DNA of 64,000 nt from Lachnospiraceae bacterium (GCA_015057945.1 SVDD01000007.1:26830-90829), one strand, 5' to 3'; positions 38,223-49,292 are shown, counted from the stretch's first letter. The notes: generated by a model not told the origin, from the sequence alone. Translations and numbers: made by a program.

Positions 38223-39671
38223 ATGAAAATAAGAACACGATACGCTCCGTCACCAACCGGAAGAATGCATGTTGGTAATCTCAGAACTGCATTATATGCT
38301 TATCTTATTTCAAAGCATGAGGGCGGAGACTTTCTCTTAAGAATCGAGGACACCGATCAGGAGCGTCTTGTGGAAGGCGCAGTCGACCTTATCAACAGAA
38401 CCCTTGCCGATACAGGACTCATCCCTGATGAGTCACCTGACAAGCCGGGAGAGTGCGGTCCTTACGTGCAGTCCGAGCGGGTTAATTCCGGCGTTTATAT
38501 GCAGTACGCCAAGCAGCTTGTGGATGAAGGCAAGGCTTACTACTGCTTCTGTACCAAGGAGCGTCTTGAGTCTCTCAAGACCACTGTGAATGGCGAAGAG
38601 ATCATGCACTATGATAAGCATTGTCTCGGACTTTCAAAGGAAGAGATCGAAGAGAATCTCAAGGCCGGCAAGCCCTATGTTATCCGTCAGAACAACCCGA
38701 CAGAGGGAACCACAACCTTCCATGACGAGCTTTACGGAGATGTCACCGTAGATAACTCCGAGCTTGACGATATGGTACTTATCAAGTCAGACGGTTTCCC
38801 TACCTACAATTTTGCCAATGTTATCGACGATCATCTTATGGGCATCACCCACGTTGTCCGCGGAAACGAGTATCTGAGCTCCAGTCCCAAGTACAACCGT
38901 CTCTACGATGCTTACGGATGGGAGATTCCAAAGTATGTGCATTGTCCTCTCATAACAGATGAAAATCACAAGAAGCTTTCAAAGCGTTCAGGTCATTCAT
39001 CCTTCGAGGATCTCATCGATCAGGGATTTGTAGCTGAAGCAGTTGTTAACTTCGTAGCTCTTCTCGGATGGTCACCTGATGACAACGAAGAGATCATGTC
39101 TCTTTCCGACCTTATCCGCAAGTTCGACTACACACGTATCTCCAAGAGCCCTGCTGTTTTTGATATGGGCAAGCTCCGCTGGATGAACGGTGAGTACATC
39201 AAGGCTATGGACTTCGACAGGTTCTACGAGAGAGCACTTCCTTTCATACAGAAAACCATAAAGAAGCCTCTTGACCTTAAGCACATCGCCAACATGGTAA
39301 AGACCCGTATCGAGATCTTCCCTGATATCCCGGACATGATCTCATTCTTTGAGGAGGTTCCTGAGTACGACACTGCACTTTACGTGAACAAGAAATCAAA
39401 GACAAACCTCGAGAATTCCCTTGAGCTCTTAAAGGATGTACTTCCACTCCTTAAGGAGCAGGAGGATTACTCCAACGATGCTCTTTTTGCCCTCCTTTCA
39501 GAGTACGGCACAAAGAAGGAATTTAAGACAGGCTTCGTAATGTGGCCTATCCGTATCGCTCTTTCAGGTCGTCAGATGACACCTGCAGGGGCTACTGAAA
39601 TCATGGAGGTTCTCGGCAAAGAAGAGTCCATAAAGAGAATTGAAGCCGGAATCGCAAAGCTTCAGGGCTGA
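38223..39671 (+). CDS. gltX: Glutamate--tRNA ligase
   Basis: [31 protein letters not shown]. Confidence 0.99.
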   Translation: MKIRTRYAPSPTGRMHVGNLRTALYAYLISKHEGGDFLLRIEDTDQERLVEGAVDLINRTLADTGLIPDESPDKPGECGPYVQSERVNSGVYMQYAKQLVDEGKAYYCFCTKERLESLKTTVNGEEIMHYDKHCLGLSKEEIEENLKAGKPYVIRQNNPTEGTTTFHDELYGDVTVDNSELDDMVLIKSDGFPTYNFANVIDDHLMGITHVVRGNEYLSSSPKYNRLYDAYGWEIPKYVHCPLITDENHKKLSKRSGHSSFEDLIDQGFVAEAVVNFVALLGWSPDDNEEIMSLSDLIRKFDYTRISKSPAVFDMGKLRWMNGEYIKAMDFDRFYERALPFIQKTIKKPLDLKHIANMVKTRIEIFPDIPDMISFFEEVPEYDTALYVNKKSKTNLENSLELLKDVLPLLKEQEDYSNDALFALLSEYGTKKEFKTGFVMWPIRIALSGRQMTPAGATEIMEVLGKEESIKRIEAGIAKLQG

Positions 39672-39687
39672 TAACAATTTAAGAGCC

Positions 39688-39725
39688 TTCGCCCCGTTCT
39701 GTATCATGCAGAACGGGGCTTTTTG
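39688..39725 (+). terminator. gltX terminator
   Basis: GCCCCGTTCTG-tatcatg-CAGAACGGGGC followed by TTTTT. Confidence 0.8.
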
Positions 39726-39933
39726 CGTGGTAAGGCTAATGCTCACAGTAATGGCTTCCCGATCAGAATTTGGTGCCCGGTGCGGCAAGGCTTGCTTTTC
39801 TTTACAAAAATCTTGTGTTTACATTACCTCTATATGAAAGTTTTTCAAATATGATATTATAACTGATGTGAAAAATATCTTTTTTAATATTATTTGAGGA
39901 GTGACAACATTCCCAAAAGAGAAGGAGTAGTTA

Positions 39934-41040
39934 ATGAGAAACAGGAAAGATACAAACGGTTCTCAGCCCGAGATGCCGCATTTTGAAATGCCGGATCCCG
40001 ACAAGGCCAAAGCCGGATTTGGAAAGATCCTAAAATTCGTAATTGCGGGAGCAGTTGTTGTGGGGGGACTTTACATCGTCAATTCCGGGCTCTACAGAGT
40101 ATCGGAACAGGAGCAGGCAGTAGTCACAAGGCTCGGGAAGGTACAGGATGTAAAAACTGCCGGCATGTACTTTAAGATTCCCGTTATCGATACCGTTCAG
40201 AAGGTCAGGACCACAACCTACGGTATCCCTATCGGCTATATAACCAACGAAAGCTACGGAGAAAGCGGTTATGCCGAGAACATCCCTGAGCAGTCCCTTA
40301 TGATCACCTCAGACTTCAACTTCGTAAACACTGATTTCTATATAGAGTATCGTGTTTCAGATCCAGTTAGTTATCTTTATAACTCAAGCGAGCCCGAAGC
40401 AATACTCGAGAACCTGGCACAGGCTGCTATCCGTACAGTGGTTTCAAATTACAACGTAGATGATGTCATGACCACAAGCAAGAACAAGGTTCAGTCAGAT
40501 GTCCGTGATTCTCTGGTAAGCGCCCTTACAAATGCAAATATAGGTCTTGAGGTTGTCAATGTCTCCATCCAGGACGTAGAACCTCCTACCAAGGATGTCA
40601 TGTCCGCATTTAAGGCAGTAGAAAATGCAAAGCAGGGCTCAGAGACCTCTATCAACAATGCCAACAAATATAAGTCAGAGCAGCTTCCTGCAGCGGAGGC
40701 CAATGCGGATAAGATAGTGAAAGCCGCAGAAGCAAAGAAGGAAGCCCGCATAGCGGAAGCAGAGGGACAGGTGGCACGTTTCAATGCCATGTACGACCAG
40801 TACAGACTCAATCCCCTCATCACAAAGCAGCGTATGTTCTATGAAGCCATGGAGGATATCCTTCCGGATCTCAAGGTCATAATCGATGACGGCGGCACAC
40901 AGACCATGCTTCCTCTTGAAAGCTTCGTGAATTCTGCTTCTGCCGTAAGCAGCAACGTCCCGGCATTGCCGGCTTCTTCCAAAGATACCGGTTCCGCTGT
41001 CGAAACAGATGAGCATACAGAGGAGGATACAAATTCATGA
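39934..41040 (+). CDS. hflK: FtsH modulator HflK (SPFH domain)
   Basis: One TM, EQAVVTRLGK, MITSDFNFV, AFKAVENAKQ, AEGQVARF; overlaps hflC (ATGA). Confidence 0.92.
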   Translation: MRNRKDTNGSQPEMPHFEMPDPDKAKAGFGKILKFVIAGAVVVGGLYIVNSGLYRVSEQEQAVVTRLGKVQDVKTAGMYFKIPVIDTVQKVRTTTYGIPIGYITNESYGESGYAENIPEQSLMITSDFNFVNTDFYIEYRVSDPVSYLYNSSEPEAILENLAQAAIRTVVSNYNVDDVMTTSKNKVQSDVRDSLVSALTNANIGLEVVNVSIQDVEPPTKDVMSAFKAVENAKQGSETSINNANKYKSEQLPAAEANADKIVKAAEAKKEARIAEAEGQVARFNAMYDQYRLNPLITKQRMFYEAMEDILPDLKVIIDDGGTQTMLPLESFVNSASAVSSNVPALPASSKDTGSAVETDEHTEEDTNS

Positions 41041-41924
41041 AAAAAACCACATTGATCAGAATAATCGCAGTAGCTGTACTGATCTTTTTCCTGATGATCT
41101 CCGGCTCGTTTTTTTACACCGTTGCTCCAAACGAATACGGCGTCGTGACTCATCTCGGCCGTATAACAAGAGTATCCACCGAAGCCGGTTTTTACAGTAA
41201 GCTGCCGTTTTTCGAGAGCGTAAGATTTATACCTAAGGATCTTCAGATCTATGACATTCAGCCTTCCGATGTCATCACAAAGGATAAAAAGTCAATGATC
41301 GCCGATGACTTCATCCTTTGGAAGGTAACTGACCCGGTCAAGTTCACACAAACCCTGAATGCTTCTACAAGAAGTGCCGAGGACCGTGTGGGTGTTGCCG
41401 TTTACAATGCCACAAAGAACATACTTTCATCCATGTCTCAGGACGAGGTCATTGCCGCAAGAGGTGAGCAGCTCACAAAGCTCATAACAGAGGATTCCAA
41501 CTCTGATATCGGAGGATACGGAATCACCATCTATCAGGCAAAGATCAAGGCTCTGGATCTTCCCGATGACAACAAGGATGCCGTATACGAGCGCATGATC
41601 TCCGAAAGACAGAACATCGCCGCTTCCTATAAGGCACAGGGCGACAGTCAGGCGCAGAAGATCAGGAACGACACTAACCGTCAGGTGACCATCATGGAGG
41701 CAGAGGCTGAAAAGCAGGCTGCCATAACAGAGGCTGAAGGTGAAGCAGAGTACATGAAGACTCTTTCCGAAGCCTACAATACAACCGACAAGGCGGATTT
41801 CTACAACTATATCCGTTCCCTGGACGCTCTGAAGAATTCCTTGAAGGGCAGAGGAGATAAGACCATCATCCTCGACAAGGATTCCGAGATCGCAAAGATA
41901 CTCTACGGAACGGGACTTAACTGA
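41037..41924 (+). CDS. hflC: FtsH modulator HflC
   Basis: ITKDKKSM, VYERMISER, AEGEAE, FYNYIRSL motifs. Confidence 0.93.
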   Translation: MKKTTLIRIIAVAVLIFFLMISGSFFYTVAPNEYGVVTHLGRITRVSTEAGFYSKLPFFESVRFIPKDLQIYDIQPSDVITKDKKSMIADDFILWKVTDPVKFTQTLNASTRSAEDRVGVAVYNATKNILSSMSQDEVIAARGEQLTKLITEDSNSDIGGYGITIYQAKIKALDLPDDNKDAVYERMISERQNIAASYKAQGDSQAQKIRNDTNRQVTIMEAEAEKQAAITEAEGEAEYMKTLSEAYNTTDKADFYNYIRSLDALKNSLKGRGDKTIILDKDSEIAKILYGTGLN

Positions 41925-42026
41925 TAAGGCCAGTCGCTTTATAATATAGTCAATAGGCCAAATAAAACCTGCAATAAGAGCTGTCCGGCTCTACCGCAGG
42001 TTTTTTACATTGGTGTATATTTCTGT

Positions 42027-42344
42027 TTAATGTTTAACAACGTACTGGTCAATAGTCAGCTGTCCCAAAGAAAGCAATTCCAAAATCCTAAGAGCCGGCC
42101 CACTAGGAACATTTATTCCTTCTTCCCACGCCTCTACAGTTTTCTTTGAAACACCGAAACATTTGGCAAAAACAGCTTGTGAAATCCCTGATTTTAGACG
42201 CAGTTCCTTTATCTCCTTTGCAGAATAGTCCTTCACTGGTCTTATCTCCAAGACTGTCTTTCTACCTTTTGATTTACCATATTTTTTTATGTCTTCAACT
42301 TCTTCACTGAGACTGCTTATGAGACTTTCATACATTGAACTCAT
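42027..42344 (-). CDS. HTH (Xre/HigA-like) antitoxin
   Basis: IKELRLKSGISQAVFAKCFGVSKKTVEAWEEG..PSGPALRIL; GAGGT RBS before ATG 42344 (track start 42446 is too far upstream). Confidence 0.88.
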   Translation of the reverse strand: MSSMYESLISSLSEEVEDIKKYGKSKGRKTVLEIRPVKDYSAKEIKELRLKSGISQAVFAKCFGVSKKTVEAWEEGINVPSGPALRILELLSLGQLTIDQYVVKH

Positions 42345-42351
42345 ATTTACC

Positions 42352-42684
42352 TCACCCAAATTCTTTAATAAATTCAACCAATTTCCTGATTTCATTTCTC
42401 TCTGCCATTGATAAATTTTCTTTTTCATTTTTCGCAAAGATATCAATCAGATGTATCTCTTCTCTTATTTCGATATCCAGATAACACACTCTGGATGATC
42501 CACTTTTTCCGCGATTATCATATGAAAATCTCATTTTTCTGAGACCACCAGTTCCACGCATTACGTCTCCGACCTTGGGATTCTCCAATAATACCTCTTG
42601 AAGTCTGCGTAAATCTCCATCGCCAAAACCAAGTTCTTTCCATTTTGCAGTAAAATATTTTGTTTCAATAAACGTTCTTTTCAT
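42352..42684 (-). CDS. RelE/HigB2-like toxin
   Basis: FIET..F, GDVMRGTGGLRKMR, GKSGSSRVCY, IFAKNEKENLS; lies upstream of the antitoxin (higBA order). Minus-strand TTGACA-N18-TAGAAT ends 4 nt before ATG 42684. Confidence 0.88.
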   Translation of the reverse strand: MKRTFIETKYFTAKWKELGFGDGDLRRLQEVLLENPKVGDVMRGTGGLRKMRFSYDNRGKSGSSRVCYLDIEIREEIHLIDIFAKNEKENLSMAERNEIRKLVEFIKEFG

Positions 42685-42825
42685 ATACATTCTATATCCC
42701 ATTAAATAGGACTGTCAACCAATCCTTAAATCTATTTGCGAGCATTATAACAGATTAAAACTCTGCATCATATGGTCTTAATTCAGACTATAGGCGTTTT
42801 CAAAAGCTCATGGTACACTTGTGCC

Positions 42826-44679
42826 ATGAGCTTTTCTAATGAACAAATTGCTGCAATACATCATGTAAAGGGGCCCGCCATGGTGCTGGCAGGTCCGGGT
42901 TCCGGAAAAACCACCGTCATAACCCACAGGATCATGCACCTCCTGTCAATAGGCATCCCCCCTGACAGGATACTCGTCATAACATTTACAAAGGATGCCG
43001 CCACGGAGATGGAGGCCCGCTTCAAAAAACTCCTTGCTGGAGATTCAAAAAAACCCGCTTTGTGTAAAGGCGGCGGAGAGGTCTCCTTCGGCACATTTCA
43101 TTCCGTTTTTTTCTACATACTGCGTCTCCGATACAATCTTTCCTTCAAAAATATCATCACAGACAGAAATAAGACCCTTCTTCTCCGGGAACTCACCGAA
43201 AGAGAACGGATAGACAGTTCCTATGATACTGATTTCTTCCGTCTTCTTCTGTCTGAAATTTCAAAATATAAATCCCTGGGAGAAGCGGGTGCCTCTTTCC
43301 GTTCAAAGCTTATGGACACTGAACAATTCAAGAGGATCCTGAGCTCTTATCAGAATGAATTAAAATCACAAAGGCTGCTTGATTTCGATGATATGCTGCT
43401 TTTATGTCATGAGCTGTTCCTGAAAGAACCAGAAGAAAGAAAGCTCTGGCAGAGTAAATTCAGCTTTATACTGGTGGATGAATTCCAGGATATAAATCCC
43501 GTACAATACAGCATAGTGCGCATGCTCGCAGAACCCGAGAACAATCTTTTCATAGTCGGGGATGATGACCAGTCCATATACCGTTTCAGAGGAGCAGAGC
43601 CTTCGATCATGCTTGGCTTCGAAAGGGATTATCCCGGGGCAGTACGCATACTTCTTTCCAACAATTACCGGTCTCGGAGAGAGGTGGTAAGCTTCGCAAA
43701 GAATGTGATAAGCCATAATAAGCAGCGTTTCAAAAAGGATATAAAAGCCGCAAACGGTCCCGGAGGCTCAACTCTGTACTACAGAGCCGACAATACTGCT
43801 TCAGAGTACTCCCAGGTCATAAGAAACATAAAAAGAGAGCTGAACTCAGGTGTCCCTTTAAGTGAAATCGCCGTACTTTTCAGGACTGAGACCATCATTC
43901 AGCCTCTTATTGCGGAACTTAACCGGACACAGATCCCATTCTGTCTGAAAAACAAGGTCAGGAACATCTACGAAAGCAGTACAGCAGAGGACTTCATTTC
44001 CTACATCAGACTTTCCCTGAACATGGGGAATCGTGCAGATTTTCTCCGTGTTATGAACAAGCCCCTGAGATATATTTCCAGAAAAGCACTTGATGCCCGT
44101 GAAATGAATTTTGAAAAGCTGAAAGCGTACTACAGCCGCTCTTCAAGAATGCAGCGCACCATCGACCTGTTTATCCGAGATCTTCAGAATATCAGAAACC
44201 TTCCCACTGTTGCTGCCCTTATATACATCAGAAAAAAGATAGGCTATGAGAATTATCTTGAGGCCTTTCAAAGAGAAAACCATGTAAACCTCCAAAAGAT
44301 ACATGATATAATCAATGAGATTGAGGAGACCGCAAAGTCCTTCCCGGATAAAAGGAAGTGGCTTCAATATGTGGAATCCTACGGTGAAGAACTGAAGAAG
44401 ATAAAGCCCGATACGGAAGAGGGCATACGTCTCATGACCTTCCACAGCAGTAAAGGGCTCGAATTCGACATCGTCCATCTTGTTGACGTAAATGAAGGAA
44501 TCGTCCCTTACAGTAAGGCGGTGACTCCCGAAGATCTGGAGGAAGAACGCAGGGCATTTTATGTGGCTCTGACAAGAGCACGAAAGGAATTTCACATTTA
44601 CTTCACAGAACAAAGATATAGTAAACATTGCAGTCCCAGCAGATTCATATCAGAAGGACTGAAATCATTTAAGAATTAA
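42826..44679 (+). CDS. UvrD/PcrA-family SF1 ATP-dependent helicase (short form)
   Basis: AGPGSGKTT, TFHS, LVDEFQD, VGDDDQSIY.FRGA, NYRS, MTFHSSKGLEFD, EEERR.FYVALTRA. Confidence 0.95.
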   Translation: MSFSNEQIAAIHHVKGPAMVLAGPGSGKTTVITHRIMHLLSIGIPPDRILVITFTKDAATEMEARFKKLLAGDSKKPALCKGGGEVSFGTFHSVFFYILRLRYNLSFKNIITDRNKTLLLRELTERERIDSSYDTDFFRLLLSEISKYKSLGEAGASFRSKLMDTEQFKRILSSYQNELKSQRLLDFDDMLLLCHELFLKEPEERKLWQSKFSFILVDEFQDINPVQYSIVRMLAEPENNLFIVGDDDQSIYRFRGAEPSIMLGFERDYPGAVRILLSNNYRSRREVVSFAKNVISHNKQRFKKDIKAANGPGGSTLYYRADNTASEYSQVIRNIKRELNSGVPLSEIAVLFRTETIIQPLIAELNRTQIPFCLKNKVRNIYESSTAEDFISYIRLSLNMGNRADFLRVMNKPLRYISRKALDAREMNFEKLKAYYSRSSRMQRTIDLFIRDLQNIRNLPTVAALIYIRKKIGYENYLEAFQRENHVNLQKIHDIINEIEETAKSFPDKRKWLQYVESYGEELKKIKPDTEEGIRLMTFHSSKGLEFDIVHLVDVNEGIVPYSKAVTPEDLEEERRAFYVALTRARKEFHIYFTEQRYSKHCSPSRFISEGLKSFKN

Positions 44680-44697
44680 CGCCTGAGGAGGGTAGTT

Positions 44698-45369
44698 ATG
44701 GATAAATTAAAGGTACTGGTTGTTGATGATGAAGAACGTATGCGGAAGCTCATTTCCGATTTTTTGAAAATAAAGGACTTTGATGTAATAGAAGCGGGAG
44801 ACGGTGATGAAGCCGTGGACAAATTCTTCTCGGACAAAGACATCGCCCTTATCATCCTTGATGTGATGATGCCGAAGATGAACGGATGGGATGTTCTCAA
44901 AACCATAAGAGAACACAGCAAGGTCCCTGTCATCATGCTTACTGCACGTTCTGAAGAGCAGGATGAGCTCAAGGGCTTCGAATACGGCGCGGATGAGTAC
45001 ATCTCCAAGCCCTTCTCACCAAAGATACTTGTAGCAAGAGTTGAAGCCATACTACGTCGTTCGGGCATAAATCAGGATGATGTCATAAACATCGGTGGCA
45101 TAGAGATCGACAAGTCCGCCCATTCCGTAAAGATCGACGGGGCAGAGGTGGAGCTTAGCTTCAAGGAATATGAACTTCTGGTATATTTCATTGAGAACAA
45201 GGGAATCGCACTTTCCCGTGAGAAGATCCTCAATAATGTGTGGAACTATGACTATTTCGGCGACGCGAGAACCATCGATACCCACGTGAAGAAGCTCAGA
45301 GCCAAGATGGGCACGAAGGGGGATTACATAAAGACAGTCTGGGGCATGGGATACAAATTCGAGGCCTGA
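44698..45369 (+). CDS. OmpR-family response regulator
   Basis: VVDDE, ILDVMMP, ISKPFSP, RTIDTHVKKLRAK, VWGMGYKF. Confidence 0.96.
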   Translation: MDKLKVLVVDDEERMRKLISDFLKIKDFDVIEAGDGDEAVDKFFSDKDIALIILDVMMPKMNGWDVLKTIREHSKVPVIMLTARSEEQDELKGFEYGADEYISKPFSPKILVARVEAILRRSGINQDDVINIGGIEIDKSAHSVKIDGAEVELSFKEYELLVYFIENKGIALSREKILNNVWNYDYFGDARTIDTHVKKLRAKMGTKGDYIKTVWGMGYKFEA

Positions 45370-45420
45370 TAAAAATAATCATAAGATGACATAAGCATTA
45401 ACCATTTATCCTTTTCATAC

Positions 45421-45458
45421 ATATCCGTTCCGGTAACTTCCGGAACGGATTTTTTATG
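45421..45458 (+). terminator. Terminator, left copy of a duplicated hairpin
   Basis: ATCCGTTCCGG-taactt-CCGGAACGGAT-TTTTT. Confidence 0.8.
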
Positions 45459-45674
45459 GATTGCCATAGTTTCAGGCTCCAAAGTTATTTAGGGTCATAC
45501 ATTGGATGTCGGTTCATAATTACTGTTACAATGGTGCTTTTTATTTCACTATGTTTTGCATAATTTATCCTTGGAATCAGTACATTATGTTGATAAAATG
45601 TTAGTGATTATATCATAGGACAGGTGTAGGGAAGTTCCTGTCCTAAGCCTGATAAACAAAAAATAGGAGGGGTT

Positions 45675-47471
45675 ATGAGAAAACGAATATTTATAGTAGC
45701 TATGGCTACAGCTATGCTGCTGTCACTGGGGGCTATATCATCTATGGCTGATGGCGAAGATGGCAAAATAATCCATGGTGGAACAGAAACCGTTGATAGT
45801 ATCGATTCAAACAAGGAATATGGTGCAGTGGCTGAACCTGATGTTAATCAATCGGGAGCAAATGATGCCACCCTTAATGTAGAAAAAGATGTCGAGGTCG
45901 ATCCAACTTCCGAAACCCAAGGATCAGTTGGCATTGAAGCAACGGCTGATGATGGTGAAAAAGCAGAAGTAAACGTAGGTACAGGGGGAAGCGGAAATGT
46001 TACGGTAAATTCCGACTCTCGTCCTGCAACCGGCGTTAAAGTCAGTGCGAGCTCAAATAGCAATGATTCATCTGCTTCTGCCAAAGTCAACGGAGACGTA
46101 ACTGTAACTGCTGATAGTAGCACGAATGGTCATGCTTTTGGAATTAGAGCTAGCTCAGATGAAACCGGATCTGGAGATGCCAAAGCTTCTGTTGATGTCA
46201 CCGGAAGTGTAGATGTAACAGGCTCCGCAAGTGCTACAGGAATCGATGTTGATGATCTCGTTTTCCAACCCAACGGCAGCGGGGGTGATAACACTGTCAA
46301 AGTTGGCAAAGATCTCACTGTAAACGCGGGTAAGGGGGCAACTGCTACAGGAATCGACGTTCGTGCCGACGGAGATAATACCTCCATTGAAGTTGGCAAA
46401 AATCTCACTGTAACCGGTGGTGATGGAACAAGCGGTATTAAAATCACCACAGATGGTGATAACAATACTGAATCCACTGTAAAAGTCACCGTTAAGGGTG
46501 ATGTAAAAAGTTCAGATGACGGTATAGTTATTGAGACAGAAAAGGGTGATAAAATCGATGTTGTAATCGAAGGAACTCTCAAAGCGGACGGAAACGCTAT
46601 CGACTTAAGTAATCCCGTTGAGAACGCTGACAGCAATTTAAATATCACTGCCTGGAAGATAGAATCCGGTAATAATATGGTAACAGTAAACGGAGGAGCT
46701 AACGCTTCAGAAGCACAGAAAACCGTAGCTGAAAAGGTTGAGAAATCCATCAACTATATTCTCAGAATAGACGAAAACTCTGCCAGCAATGTTTCATTTA
46801 CAGGAAATAACATAAAAAAAATCGGCGACCTGGATACAGCTCACGCAGGGGCTAACGTAGCAATCAAGCTGAACACACCTGACGGATACATGGTAAAAAA
46901 TCTTTACGGCGATAAATCTAATAATGTAACATTGGAAAAAGGCAACGATGGTAATTACTATCTCGTTGTTCCATCAGGCGGTGGTGTCTGGGTAAGTCTC
47001 GAATTGGAGAAAATCCCTGATCCAGTTACTCCTGTAAATCCTGTTGATCCTGTCGATCCTGTTGATCCCGTAAATCCTGTTGATCCCGTAAATCCTGTTG
47101 TGCCATCAGAGCCATCCGATAATGATGACAGTAGTTCTGACCACTCTTATCTCGACAGAAACATTAACATATCAACTCTTTCAGACGGTGATATGTCATT
47201 TGATGAGAAAGAGGGTATACTGACCATTACCATTCCAAAGGGTATGAACGCATTTTACCTTGACTCATCAGTTCTTTTAGCCTTTAAGGCAAAGGGACTG
47301 AAAATTCTGAATCTTGATACCACAAGCGGAAAATACTCTATTCCTTTAACCAGCATAGACGACATAGTGAAGGAAGGAAATCTGCTTGCCTTTGTTATCA
47401 GAATCGAAAAGGTAGATATATACATCAATGGATTACTTACCAGAGAGTTCTACCGTGACAAAGTTGCATGA
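45675..47471 (+). CDS. Secreted/surface protein with beta-solenoid-like repeats, a PVDP/PVNP linker and a C-terminal domain of unknown function
   Basis: Signal peptide; repeated ATGI.V...VxVG.DLTV.GG units; (PV[D/N])n at about 47018-47105; AGGAGG RBS. Confidence 0.7.
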   Translation: MRKRIFIVAMATAMLLSLGAISSMADGEDGKIIHGGTETVDSIDSNKEYGAVAEPDVNQSGANDATLNVEKDVEVDPTSETQGSVGIEATADDGEKAEVNVGTGGSGNVTVNSDSRPATGVKVSASSNSNDSSASAKVNGDVTVTADSSTNGHAFGIRASSDETGSGDAKASVDVTGSVDVTGSASATGIDVDDLVFQPNGSGGDNTVKVGKDLTVNAGKGATATGIDVRADGDNTSIEVGKNLTVTGGDGTSGIKITTDGDNNTESTVKVTVKGDVKSSDDGIVIETEKGDKIDVVIEGTLKADGNAIDLSNPVENADSNLNITAWKIESGNNMVTVNGGANASEAQKTVAEKVEKSINYILRIDENSASNVSFTGNNIKKIGDLDTAHAGANVAIKLNTPDGYMVKNLYGDKSNNVTLEKGNDGNYYLVVPSGGGVWVSLELEKIPDPVTPVNPVDPVDPVDPVNPVDPVNPVVPSEPSDNDDSSSDHSYLDRNINISTLSDGDMSFDEKEGILTITIPKGMNAFYLDSSVLLAFKAKGLKILNLDTTSGKYSIPLTSIDDIVKEGNLLAFVIRIEKVDIYINGLLTREFYRDKVA

Positions 47472-47488
47472 TATTTATAAGGTATCTT

Positions 47489-47527
47489 ATATCCGTTTCG
47501 GCACCTGCCGGAACGGATTTTTTTATG
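47489..47527 (+). terminator. Terminator, right copy of the duplicated hairpin
   Basis: ATCCGTTTCGG-cacctg-CCGGAACGGAT-TTTTTT. Confidence 0.8.
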
Positions 47528-47658
47528 TCTCTTTTCAAAAAAAGGGTGTACAGCCTATAAATTCACAAAATAGCCAAATTATTAATATATGATATGTGCA
47601 TACAAGTGAGTTCCGTCAGGGGCTCTGCATTCATATTCCGAAAAAAGGATATAGCATC

Positions 47659-49224
47659 ATGAAACAGCCTACTATTCTCAAAAAAAGCATCAAATGGCGG
47701 TATACCTGCATTTTCATATGCCTTATAGCGGTGATACTTGCAGCCATACTACTGGTCAACACATTTCTTCTTGAACGTTATTACACCAAAGAGAAGATCA
47801 CCACACTGGAGAACGCCTACGAGACCCTGGACCGTATGATAAACACGGCGGCCGCGGACAATCAGAAGGTGTCATCCCTTTTCCCCCTAAATTACGATAC
47901 CTCCGATCCGAGCACCGAGACCCGGGCCACAGCCTATCTCAAGACCCTCTCCGAGACCTACAATGTCAACGTCCTTATTCTGGACACACAGACGGAAACC
48001 ATTTTTTCCACCTTCGGAGACCTTAACTTTCAGTCCAGAAGGCTTAACCAGTACATCTTCGGGAACAGGACATACTCGACCGCAGAAATAGTAAAACGCT
48101 TTGACAACTATTCCATAGAGAAGAATTCCGACAATATCTCCAAAAGCACCTATCTCGAAAGCTGGGGATATTTCTCCGACAACACCACCTGCTTCATCAT
48201 GTCCATGCCGGTCTCAAGTCTCAGGGAATCGGTCAGCTTCTTTAACCGTTTTCTTCTCATAATAGGTGTTTTCGCCATGATGGGCGGCTCCGTTATCGTC
48301 TACTTCATGAGCAGGGAGATAACAAAGCCCATTAACCAGCTTGCAAGACTCAGCGAGAAGATATCGGCCCTTGATTTCACGGCTCGCTATACAGGGGATT
48401 CCGTCGATGAAATAGGCGTTCTGGGAACTTCCATGAACACTCTGTCCGAGCGTCTCAGGACCTCCATCGCAGAGCTTAAAACCGCAAACAACGAGCTTCA
48501 GTCGGATATCGAGAACAAGACAAAGTACGCAGAACGCCAGCAGGAGTTCGTTGCCAATGTCTCCCACGAGCTTAAAACGCCCATAGCCCTGATACAGGGA
48601 TATGCCGAGGGGCTGAGTGAGGGGCTTGCCGATGATCCGGAATCGAGAGCCTATTACTGCGGTGTCATCGTGGATGAAGCCAGGAGAATGAACACTCTTG
48701 TACATGAACTAATGAATCTCAGCTCCATAGAGCAGGGAAAGGATCTTCCTGACTTCGCACTTTTCGATATTTCAAAGGTGGTGAAGGGAGTGATCACGAA
48801 ATCCGATATACTCATAAAGCAGCAGGATGCTCACGTGGAGGTAGACATTCCCGAAGGCACCATGGTCTGGGCGGATGAATTCAAGATCGAACAGATCATC
48901 ACCAATTATCTGAACAATGCCCTTCATCACCTGGAACAGCCAAACAACATAAGCATTTACTCACAGCGTGAGCCCAATGATATCCTTTCCATCCATGTGA
49001 CCAACACAGGAAAGCCTATACCGGAAGAGGATCTCATGAAGATATGGGAGAAGTTTTTCAAGGTGGACAAGGCCCACACCAGAAGCTATGGCGGAAGCGG
49101 TCTCGGTCTCAGTATAGTAAAGGCCATAGTTGATTCTCACCACCAGAAATGCGGTGCCAAAAACACAAGGACCGGTGTGGATTTCTGGTTCACTCTGGAG
49201 CGGGAGAACAAGAAGAAACCTTAA
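47659..49224 (+). CDS. Sensor histidine kinase with HAMP domain
   Basis: Two TM, HAMP (DEIGVLG.SMN.LS), FVANVSHELKTPI, FFKVDKAHTRSYGGSGLGLSI; start estimated at ATG 47659. Confidence 0.95.
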   Translation: MKQPTILKKSIKWRYTCIFICLIAVILAAILLVNTFLLERYYTKEKITTLENAYETLDRMINTAAADNQKVSSLFPLNYDTSDPSTETRATAYLKTLSETYNVNVLILDTQTETIFSTFGDLNFQSRRLNQYIFGNRTYSTAEIVKRFDNYSIEKNSDNISKSTYLESWGYFSDNTTCFIMSMPVSSLRESVSFFNRFLLIIGVFAMMGGSVIVYFMSREITKPINQLARLSEKISALDFTARYTGDSVDEIGVLGTSMNTLSERLRTSIAELKTANNELQSDIENKTKYAERQQEFVANVSHELKTPIALIQGYAEGLSEGLADDPESRAYYCGVIVDEARRMNTLVHELMNLSSIEQGKDLPDFALFDISKVVKGVITKSDILIKQQDAHVEVDIPEGTMVWADEFKIEQIITNYLNNALHHLEQPNNISIYSQREPNDILSIHVTNTGKPIPEEDLMKIWEKFFKVDKAHTRSYGGSGLGLSIVKAIVDSHHQKCGAKNTRTGVDFWFTLERENKKKP

Positions 49225-49292
49225 TAAGCTGCTGATTTCAGTTCACATACAAGCACAGACCTTAAGCTGCTTCTGATTTCAGTTCACATACA
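49225..49292. repeat. Short direct repeat just after the kinase stop codon
   Basis: TAAGCTGC(TTC)TGATTTCAGTTCACATACA at 49225-49251 and 49263-49292, followed by a terminator at about 49291-49322. Confidence 0.7.
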
